A stretch of DNA of 64,000 nt from Kiritimatiellia bacterium (GTDB lineage: Bacteria; Verrucomicrobiota; Kiritimatiellia; RFP12; UBA1067). The notes beneath the pieces are model-generated. The model saw only the letters and a program-made list of their open reading frames with translations, was not told the DNA's origin and did not search any database. The stretch is taken from assembly GCA_051884915.1 (NCBI GenBank), contig JBJEWF010000004.1, positions 243-64,242 on the forward strand. Reading direction: 5' to 3'. Below, piece after piece: positions 30,391-38,181 of this stretch (positions within the stretch are counted from its first letter, which is position 1; the number at the start of each line of letters is the position of its first letter). The position numbers and the translations under genes were made by a program.

Positions 30391-31653
30391 CTATCCGCCA
30401 ATCTGGTTCGACATGGCGAAGACGGCCGAGACGATGGCGTAGGCGATGAATCCGACGCCCACCGAGATGATGCCGATCATCAGCGGCCCCAGCGCGTTCG
30501 TGAACTTGGCGATGTTCCGGTCCATGTCCTTCTGGTAGCGCATGCCGATGTGCCCCAGCGAGCTCGTGAGATTTCCGGCCTGTTCGCCGACGGCCAGCAT
30601 GTCCGTCATCATGCGCGGGAACGCCCCCGAGGCGGCAAGCGGTCCCGAAATCGACGTGCCGTCCGTCACGCGCTTGCGCGCGGTCGCCAGGGCCTGGCCG
30701 ATGACGGCGTTGTCGCAGGTGTCCTCGGCGATCTTCAGGGCCTGGAGCACGTTCACGCCATTGGTCAGCAGCGTCTGCAGCGTGAACGCGAGCGACGAGT
30801 AGGCGCCGGCGGCGACAATGCCGCTCACCAGCGGCGCCTTCAGTTTCCAGCCGTCGACCTTGGCCCGGCCGGCCGGCGTCGCCTTCCATTTCCGGAACCA
30901 GACGACGGCCGCCGCGAGCGCGAGGGCCATCACCCAGCCGTACTCGACCAGCACATCGCTCATTTCCATCAGGATCTGCGTCGGCGCGGGCAGGGCGCCG
31001 CCCAGCCCCTCGAACACCTTCTTGAACCGGGGGATGATGAACCCCATCGCAACGACGACGGCGCCGATGCCGAAAAACAGCACGAAGGCCGGATACATCA
31101 TGGCGCCTTTGATCTTGCTCTTCATCGAATCGAAGCGCTCGTAGTGCTCGACCAGCCGGTGCAGGACGTCCACCATGGCGCCCGACGCCTCGCCGGCGCG
31201 GATCATGTTCGCGTAGAGTCCGGGGAACGTCTTGGGATGATGCGCGACGGCGTCCGAGAACGACTCGCCGTTCACGATGCGCTGGCAGAGGTCCTGCGCG
31301 ACGGTCCGCTGCGGAGTGCCCTCCTCGCCCTGGTTCGCCAGACACCCCAGCGCCTGTCCCAGCGTCATGCCGGCTTCGAGCAGATCCGCAAGCTCGCTCG
31401 TGAACAGCTGGACCTCGACGGGCGACATGTCGGCCGCCGCGCCGCCCAGCTTCATGTTCCAGATGCTGCCGGCCGATTTCCCGGCCGCCTTCTTCCCGGC
31501 GGCGGCGCCGCCGCCCGCCGTTTCCGAGACGGCAAGCGGCGTGTGGCCGAGTTTCCGCACGGCGGCAAGCGCACTCCGGCGGTCGGCCGCCTCGACCGTC
31601 CCGTCGACGCGCCGCCCGTTCCTTGTCATTGCCCTGTAGCTGAATGCCGCCAT
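30391..31653 (-). CDS. gspF: Type II secretion/type IV pilus inner-membrane platform protein GspF/PilC
   Basis: About 420 aa with the duplicated GspF domain architecture and three TM regions. Confidence 0.85.
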   Translation of the reverse strand: MAAFSYRAMTRNGRRVDGTVEAADRRSALAAVRKLGHTPLAVSETAGGGAAAGKKAAGKSAGSIWNMKLGGAAADMSPVEVQLFTSELADLLEAGMTLGQALGCLANQGEEGTPQRTVAQDLCQRIVNGESFSDAVAHHPKTFPGLYANMIRAGEASGAMVDVLHRLVEHYERFDSMKSKIKGAMMYPAFVLFFGIGAVVVAMGFIIPRFKKVFEGLGGALPAPTQILMEMSDVLVEYGWVMALALAAAVVWFRKWKATPAGRAKVDGWKLKAPLVSGIVAAGAYSSLAFTLQTLLTNGVNVLQALKIAEDTCDNAVIGQALATARKRVTDGTSISGPLAASGAFPRMMTDMLAVGEQAGNLTSSLGHIGMRYQKDMDRNIAKFTNALGPLMIGIISVGVGFIAYAIVSAVFAMSNQIGG

Positions 31654-31672
31654 GCGGAAGTCCCCGGATCGA

Positions 31673-32839
31673 CTACTTGATGACGCGGACGCGGATGACC
31701 GCGTCGCTCCGCTTCAGCGCCTCGACGACGTCGGCCGGAATCGCGGCATCCGTGTCGATCAGCGTGTAGGCGAAATCGCCGCGGCTCTTGTTGGAGATGG
31801 CGTCGATGTTCACCTTGGCGTTGCCGAGAATGGACGTGAACGTGCCGATCATGTTCGCGACGTTCTTGTGGCAGATCGCAAGGCGGCCCGCCTTGTTGGC
31901 GGCGCCGAGCGAACAGGCCGGATAGTTGACCGAGTTCACGATGTTGCCGTTTTCAAGGTAGTCGCGGATCTCCTTGACGGCCATGACCGCGCAGTTGTCC
32001 TCGGCCTCCTCCGTCGACGCGCCGAGATGGGGAATCACGATCACGCCCTTCTGGCCGGCGGTCGTCGCGTTCGGGAAGTCGGACACGTACTTGCGGACCT
32101 TGCCCGATTCGAGCGCGGCCAGCATGTCCTTCTCGTCGACGAGCGCGTCGCGCGCCGCGTTGATGACGATGACGCCCGTCTTCATCATGGCGATCGACTC
32201 CGCGTTGATCATGCCCTTCGTCGAATCGAGGGCCGGCACGTGGATCGTGATGAAATCGCTCGCCGCGTAGATGTCCTCGACGTTCTTGCAGTGCCGGACG
32301 GAGCGGCTGAGGTTCCAGGCCGCGTCAACCGACAGATAGGGGTCGTAGCCGTAGACTTCCATGCCGAGGGCGACGGCCGCGTTGGCGACCTTCTGGCCGA
32401 TGGCGCCGAGGCCGATGACGCCCAGCTTCTTGCCCTGGATCTCCGTGCCGGCAAACGCTTTCTTCGCCTTTTCCGCCGATTTGCCGATGGCGGGATCGGC
32501 CGCGTTCTGCCGGACCCAGTCGATTCCGCCGACGATGTCGCGGCTGGCGAGCAGCATGGCCGCGATCACCAGTTCCTTCACGCCGTTGGCATTGGCGCCC
32601 GGCGTGTTGAACACGACGATGCCCCGCTTGGCGTATTCCGCGTGGGGGATGTTGTTGACGCCGGCGCCGGCGCGCGCGACCGCCAGAAGCCTGCCGGAAA
32701 CCGCCAGCCCGTCCATTTTCGCGCTGCGGACGAAAACGGCGTCCGCGTCGGCGAAATCCTCCGTACGGGAATATGCGTCCGTGAGATTCTTCAACCCCAC
32801 CGGAGCGATTGGATTGAGGCAGGTGTACTTGTAGTTCAT
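31673..32839 (-). CDS. serA: D-3-phosphoglycerate dehydrogenase with C-terminal ACT domain
   Basis: 2-hydroxyacid dehydrogenase NAD-binding motif GVIGLGAIGQKVA plus a C-terminal ACT-like segment. About 388 aa. Confidence 0.85.
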   Translation of the reverse strand: MNYKYTCLNPIAPVGLKNLTDAYSRTEDFADADAVFVRSAKMDGLAVSGRLLAVARAGAGVNNIPHAEYAKRGIVVFNTPGANANGVKELVIAAMLLASRDIVGGIDWVRQNAADPAIGKSAEKAKKAFAGTEIQGKKLGVIGLGAIGQKVANAAVALGMEVYGYDPYLSVDAAWNLSRSVRHCKNVEDIYAASDFITIHVPALDSTKGMINAESIAMMKTGVIVINAARDALVDEKDMLAALESGKVRKYVSDFPNATTAGQKGVIVIPHLGASTEEAEDNCAVMAVKEIRDYLENGNIVNSVNYPACSLGAANKAGRLAICHKNVANMIGTFTSILGNAKVNIDAISNKSRGDFAYTLIDTDAAIPADVVEALKRSDAVIRVRVIK

Positions 32840-32931
32840 CGTGTTTCTCTCTTTTTTCTTTCTTGTAGAGTTTATCGGTAGAAAGCCGGGCGCAATGCCC
32901 GTAAGTCGCTATTATAGCACAATCCCGGGGG

Positions 32932-33582
32932 CTAGTCATCGCCCAGTTCGGCGGCCAGGGCGTGATAGGCGCGCGTCATGCGCAATTTGATCTGGCTCAC
33001 CAGGTTCCGGGTGATGCCAAAGGCCCGCGCGACCTCCTCCACCGGACGCCCGTCGATCGCGTGGGCCTTGTAGACGTCCCGGTAGAGGGGCTTGATCGCC
33101 GGATTGGCCAAAAGGCGCGCCAGGATCTCCTGCCGCCGGGCGGCCGCCCACTCCAGGTCCAGATTCTTCCAGACGGCGTCGTCCGGCGTGGCGATCTCCA
33201 TCTCGGCACGGCACGCCGCGTTCCCCGCCGGATCCTCCGCGGCCGCGTCCAGATAGACGCGCCGGTCCATCCGGCGCGCCTTTTCCTTGCGGTAGGCCAT
33301 CCCCAGTTCGTTCCGGACCATCTGGGCGACGAATGCGCGGAAATTCCCCTTCTCCCCCCTGAACCGCCCGGCGCGGAAGAAATCGACGAGTTTGCGCATC
33401 ACTTCGCTGAGGATGTCGTCCGCGTGGGATTCGTCGCCCACGCGGACGGCGAAGCGCCGGATGGCGCCCGCATAGAGATTCCAGAACCGAACCCAGTTGG
33501 ATTGGTCTTCTCCCGTGACCTGGGCGGCGAGCTTGCCCAGAAGCGTGACGGAAGTTTCGGGAAACGTCGAAGAAGCTTTCAT
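32932..33582 (-). CDS. ECF-type RNA polymerase sigma-70 family factor
   Basis: Sigma region 2 (LYAGAIRRFAVRVGDESHADDILSEVMRKL) and region 4 HTH (PVEEVARAFGITRNLVSQIKLRM). The MKASS start at 33582 is preferred over 33636. Confidence 0.8.
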   Translation of the reverse strand: MKASSTFPETSVTLLGKLAAQVTGEDQSNWVRFWNLYAGAIRRFAVRVGDESHADDILSEVMRKLVDFFRAGRFRGEKGNFRAFVAQMVRNELGMAYRKEKARRMDRRVYLDAAAEDPAGNAACRAEMEIATPDDAVWKNLDLEWAAARRQEILARLLANPAIKPLYRDVYKAHAIDGRPVEEVARAFGITRNLVSQIKLRMTRAYHALAAELGDD

Positions 33583-33652
33583 GGCCGGTCTTTCACGTGA
33601 TGTCGCACCAATGCTATGCGCGCCAGGCCCCCGCATGACACGATGGCGAAAA

Positions 33653-35074
33653 TCAGCGGGCGCCCTCCCTGCCGGCCGCCTCCTTCTGCGCCCAGGCCCG
33701 GCGGATCCGCGCCAGCAGATCGGCGTCGACGAACCGGAGCTTCGGCAGACTGTCCGACAGCGCGCGCTCCCACTCCCCGCATTCCTCCCTGATCAGGGCC
33801 AGTTCGTCCACGGCCCACTCGGCGTTGCCTTCCCGCAGGAACAGAATCGCCGAAGCCGAACGGCAGAGCAGGCCCAGCGCCCGCGACGTGCCGTCGAACG
33901 CGTCGGGGATGGATTCAAGCTCGTCGGCGGCGGCGCTCATCCGGCTGGCCGCGCTGGAATTGCCGTCCAGCCGCTCCCGGCCCAGCTCGTCCACGACTTT
34001 TGCCATGACGAAAGGCCGCACGAGGGCGGCGCTCCGCTTCAGCGCGCCGTCGTCCAGGCGCGGAATCGTGCAGAAGACATTGGCGTCTTTCGCGTCAATC
34101 GCGGACTGGACCCGCGCGGAGGCTTTGGTGAGCCGGGTCTCGCGGTCCCGCGCGAAGTAGGTCAGGAAACTGCCCGCGCAGAGTCCGCCCAACAGGAAGA
34201 TCCCGGCCCAATGCGCGCCCCGCCGTCCCCGCCGTTCCGGTTCCGGGCGCGCGGCCGCCGGAACGCCTTCGCCGTTCCACCGCGGGCAGCGCCGTTTCGC
34301 GGGATCGGCTTCCAGCAGCGCCGGAACGACCGTCTGCCACCGCTCGTCGAAAAGCGACAGCAGATCCGCGACTTTCGCGCCCGGCGCATACCAGACCTGG
34401 TTGAGCAGATAGAAGACGAGAACGCCCAGGGAGTAGATGTCCGACGCGGGCGACTCCGGCCGGCCGGCGCGGACCTCCGGCGCGATGTAGAACGCCTTTC
34501 CCATCAGCGGCCGGCCCTCGGACATCATCGTCGCGACCGTCTGGTCCAATTCCGCCCGCAGATCGCGGTCGAGGATCTTGCAGACGCCGAAATCCGACAG
34601 CACGGCCCTTCCATCGGGGCCCACCAGGGCATTTTCAAGCGAAACGTCGCGGTGGACGACGCCTTTCCCGTGGATGTAGGCCAGCGCCTCGACAAGGTCC
34701 TCGTACCACGCGGCGATCCGCTCCTCCGTCGAGAGGCCCCGGTCGAGCGCATTGCGCAACGTGCACGGAACGCCCGTCGCGTCCAGAACGAGGTCCATCA
34801 CGTAATACGGCGTCCTCTCGTCGGCGTCGGCATAGCCGAAATCATGGACGCGGACAATCCGCGGGTGGTGGAGCCGGGACAGGACGCGGGCCTCGGACCA
34901 GAACCGCTTCTTCAGGAAGATCGCGTTGGCCTGTTCGCAGACAAAGACCTTCAGCGCGTAGAGGGCGCCCGTCTTCTCGGATTCGACCTCATAGACCTCC
35001 GCCATCCCGCCTTTTCCGAGCAGACCGAGAACGCGGTAGCCGCCGACTGCCTGATCTGCCTGCAATACGGACAT
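33653..35074 (-). CDS. Serine/threonine protein kinase with a TM segment and an uncharacterised C-terminal domain
   Basis: Hanks kinase motifs GKGGMAEVY, ALKVF, HRDVSLEN, DFG, APE. Followed by a hydrophobic segment and a ~170-aa C-terminal region. Confidence 0.85.
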   Translation of the reverse strand: MSVLQADQAVGGYRVLGLLGKGGMAEVYEVESEKTGALYALKVFVCEQANAIFLKKRFWSEARVLSRLHHPRIVRVHDFGYADADERTPYYVMDLVLDATGVPCTLRNALDRGLSTEERIAAWYEDLVEALAYIHGKGVVHRDVSLENALVGPDGRAVLSDFGVCKILDRDLRAELDQTVATMMSEGRPLMGKAFYIAPEVRAGRPESPASDIYSLGVLVFYLLNQVWYAPGAKVADLLSLFDERWQTVVPALLEADPAKRRCPRWNGEGVPAAARPEPERRGRRGAHWAGIFLLGGLCAGSFLTYFARDRETRLTKASARVQSAIDAKDANVFCTIPRLDDGALKRSAALVRPFVMAKVVDELGRERLDGNSSAASRMSAAADELESIPDAFDGTSRALGLLCRSASAILFLREGNAEWAVDELALIREECGEWERALSDSLPKLRFVDADLLARIRRAWAQKEAAGREGAR

Positions 35075-35099
35075 CGTTCCCCTCGCATGCCGCCGGAAC

Positions 35100-36797
35100 C
35101 TACTGGTCTTCCGTCACGCGGCGAATTTCATTCACGCTGGTCACGCCCTTGAAAACCTTGGCCCAGCCGTCCTCGCGCAGCGTCTTCATGCCCTTCTGCA
35201 GCGACAGGTGCTGGATCTGCGTCGCGTTTTCCCGGCGGATGATCGCCCCTTCGATGTCCTCGTCGACTTCAAGCACCTCAAAGAGCGCGCGGCGGCCCTT
35301 GTATCCCGTCCGGCTGCAGGAATCGCACCCGCGCTCCGCCGGCTGGAAGACCGTCTCCGCCGCCGGCGGATAGGGCAGATCGTACCACTTCCGGTCCAGC
35401 GGGACCTCCTGCCGGCATTTCGGGCAGAGGCGCCGGCACAGGCGCTGCCCCATCACGCCCGCCACGGCGGACGCGATCAGAAACGGCTCCACGCCCATGT
35501 CGATCATGCGCGGGAAGGCGCCCGCCGCCGTGTTCGTATGCAGAGTCGAAAAGACCATGTGGCCCGTCAGCGACGCGTTGATGGCGATTTCCGCCGTTTC
35601 GCGGTCGCGGATTTCGCCTACCATGATCTTGTCCGGATCCTGGCGCAGAAAGGCCCGCAGCGTCCGCGCGAAGTCGAGTCCGATGTCCTTGTTCATCTGG
35701 ACCTGGATGATGCCGTCCATCTGGTATTCGATCGGGTCTTCCGCCGTCAGGATGCGCACGTCCATCGTGTTCACTTCATGCAGGAAGGAGTAGAGCGAGG
35801 TCGATTTGCCCGAACCCGTCGGCCCCGTCACGAGGAAGATGCCGTTCGGCCGGCGGATGATCTTGTCCACCACGCGGAAGTCGCGATCGTTGAATCCCAG
35901 GTCGGCCATCCTGACGAAATTGCCGCTCTTCGCCAGCAGACGCAGGGAAATGGACTCGCCCCAGGCGCCCGGCATCGTCGAAACGCGGATGTCGATGTCC
36001 TCGCCGCCCAGCCGGATGCCGATGCGCCCGTCCATCGGCAGCCGTTTCTCGGCGATGTCCAGGTTCGCCATGACCTTGATGCGGGAGATGATCGCGGATT
36101 TCAGGCGGTTCAGCTGGGGCGGCACGTCGACCTTGTGGAGCATGCCGTCGATGCGGTAGCGGATCCGCAGCTCCGTCTCCTGCGGTTCGATATGGATGTC
36201 CGTGGCCCCCTGGCGGTCGGCTTCGGCGATGATCCGGTTCACGAACTTGACGATGGAGGCCTCTTCGCCCTCGGCGCCGACGTCGATCTTCGAGATCGAG
36301 CCGTCGTCGTCGTCCACGGCGTAGCGGCCGTCTTCGATCATCTTCTCGATCGCGTCGGCGCCGACGCCATAGAACTTCTTGACCGCCTTGTCGATGTCCT
36401 CGCGCGGCGCCAGGACGATCTTCACCGGACACCCCGCCGCCAGGCGCAGGCCGTCGCCGGCGACCGTCGAGAACGGATCGTTGGACACGACGGTCAGGAC
36501 GCCGTCGGCGAATCTGACCGGCAGCACGTTGTACTGGTACACGGCCGAGGCGGGGAGCTTCTGCAGCACGTCGGGACGGGGCTGGACCTTCTCCAGTTCG
36601 ACATAGTCGAAGCCCAGAAAGGCCCCCGCCTTCTGCAGGAACTCGGCCTCCCGGATGCCGCCGAATTTGACGGCCGCCTCCGCCAATCCCATCTCCGGGT
36701 TCTTCGCCCGTCCCTCGGCAATGCGCGCCAGGGCCTCTTCCGAATAGAGTCCCGTCGCCCGCAAAACGTCAAGCGCCAACCGTGACATATCGCTCAT
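35100..36797 (-). CDS. gspE: Type II secretion ATPase GspE
   Basis: Walker A GPTGSGKST, Asp box, Walker B and His box, plus the tetra-Cys motif CPKC...CDSC. 565 aa. Confidence 0.9.
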   Translation of the reverse strand: MSDMSRLALDVLRATGLYSEEALARIAEGRAKNPEMGLAEAAVKFGGIREAEFLQKAGAFLGFDYVELEKVQPRPDVLQKLPASAVYQYNVLPVRFADGVLTVVSNDPFSTVAGDGLRLAAGCPVKIVLAPREDIDKAVKKFYGVGADAIEKMIEDGRYAVDDDDGSISKIDVGAEGEEASIVKFVNRIIAEADRQGATDIHIEPQETELRIRYRIDGMLHKVDVPPQLNRLKSAIISRIKVMANLDIAEKRLPMDGRIGIRLGGEDIDIRVSTMPGAWGESISLRLLAKSGNFVRMADLGFNDRDFRVVDKIIRRPNGIFLVTGPTGSGKSTSLYSFLHEVNTMDVRILTAEDPIEYQMDGIIQVQMNKDIGLDFARTLRAFLRQDPDKIMVGEIRDRETAEIAINASLTGHMVFSTLHTNTAAGAFPRMIDMGVEPFLIASAVAGVMGQRLCRRLCPKCRQEVPLDRKWYDLPYPPAAETVFQPAERGCDSCSRTGYKGRRALFEVLEVDEDIEGAIIRRENATQIQHLSLQKGMKTLREDGWAKVFKGVTSVNEIRRVTEDQ

Positions 36798-36898
36798 AAT
36801 CGAATCCGCTCTTTCCCGTGCGGGATTATATCAAAAAAAAGGGTTTGCAGACATGAAATGTGCCGCACGGCCAAAAATGACAAAACTTTCCCGCGCAA

Positions 36899-36927
36899 TT
36901 GACGCAATCGGGGATATCTGATATACT
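36899..36927 (+). promoter_or_regulatory. Sigma70 promoter for the tRNA-Gly/tRNA-Leu pair
   Basis: TTGACG (36899-36904), 17-nt spacer, TATACT (36922-36927), about 20 nt upstream of the tRNA-Gly 5' end. Confidence 0.45.
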
Positions 36928-36946
36928 TCGGACCGTTTTTCCCCTC

Positions 36947-37020
36947 GCGGGCGTAGCTCAATGGCAGAGCGTCGGCCTTCCAAGCCGATGACGAGGGTTC
37001 GATTCCCTTCGCCCGCTCCA
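36947..37020 (+). tRNA. tRNA-Gly (anticodon UCC)
   Basis: GCGGGCG acceptor stem pairs with CGCCCGC. Anticodon loop CUUCCAA. T-loop GGTTCGATTCC. 3' CCA encoded. 74 nt. Confidence 0.85.
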
Positions 37021-37048
37021 CGAACGGAAACGGGGAAGGCGTCTTCAG

Positions 37049-37134
37049 GCCGGAGTGGCGTAATGGCAGCCGCAGCAGACTCAAAATCTGCCGTACGCGA
37101 GTACGTGAGGGTTCGAGTCCCTCCTCCGGCACCA
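37049..37134 (+). tRNA. tRNA-Leu (anticodon CAA) with long variable arm
   Basis: GCCGGAG/CTCCGGC acceptor stem. Anticodon loop CUCAAAA. Long variable arm. GGTTCGAGTCC T-loop. CCA encoded. About 86 nt. Confidence 0.8.
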
Positions 37135-37187
37135 TTCCGCCGGACGACGGCCCTTTCCGTCCGGAGATCCGCGCCTGCGGGGCGGCT

Positions 37188-38139
37188 TCAGTTCATGTTG
37201 GCGACGGCGAGCGCCGCATAGTCGCCGATGTTCTCGCCGATTCCCGCCGGCACGATCCGGCAGACCTTCAGGGCTCCCGGCAGCGCCTCGCGCTGGAGGA
37301 TGGGTTCGATTTCCGGCATGAAAAGGTCGGCATTGCGCATGAACACGCCGCCCAGCACGATCACCTCGGGATTCAGCACGTCGATCGTGAACGCCAGGAT
37401 CGTCGCCAGTTTCCCGGCGCTTTCCTTGAAGATGCGCGTGCAGAACGGATCGCCCGCGCGCACGTAGCCGAAGACGTCCTTCGTCGTCAATTCGCCGGCC
37501 CGCGCCCGCGCCGCGCTTTCGGAACCGGCGTATTCCATCTCGTGCTCGCGCGCGCGGATCCCGGCGAGCCGCACGATGCCCGCGCCCGAGCAGAACCCTT
37601 CCGCGCTGCCGTCCTTGTTGTAGCCTTTCGGACCGCCCGGCGCCAGCCGGACGTGCCCGATCTCGCCCGCGTTGTCGTTGGTCCCCGAATAGAGCTTCCC
37701 GTCAATGACGATGCCCGCGCCCAGGCCCGTGCCGAACGTCATGAACACGACATTCCGCGCCCCGCGGCCCGCGCCGAACTTCGCCTCGGCCAGGGCGCAG
37801 GCGTTCGCGTCGTTCTGGATGTGGACGGGCACGTCGAAACGGTCCTTGAAATACTGGACGATCGGCACGTCGTCCCAGCCGGGCAGATTGGGCGGACTCT
37901 GGATCAGCCCCGCCTTCGAGTCGAGCGGGCCCCCGCACGAAATGCCGATGTTGGCGATTTCGAACGTCTCGGTCAGTTCCTGGATCTTGTCCGTATAAAT
38001 CGCCAGGACGTCCTGCCAGCTTTTCCCCGCGGTGGGGAATTCCTGGCGGAACTTGATTTCGACGTCCCGTTCGCCCACCGCGCCCAGGCTCACCGCGCAC
38101 TTCGTGCCGCCAATGTCCAATCCAACCGAATAGCCCATT
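37188..38139 (-). CDS. ROK-family sugar kinase (glucokinase/N-acetylglucosamine kinase-like)
   Basis: N-terminal LDIGGTK ATP-binding motif and the ROK Cys/His zinc motif (GHV...C...C). Start MGYSVGLDIGGT at 38139. Confidence 0.8.
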
Positions 38140-38181
38140 CCGTTCCTCCCGTCTCCGCATCCGCCCGCGTCGCGCCGCCCG

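Noticed and set aside
36794-37135. 113-aa minus-strand ORF
   Set aside because: It spans the tRNA-Gly and tRNA-Leu genes and their promoter, and has no coding signal.
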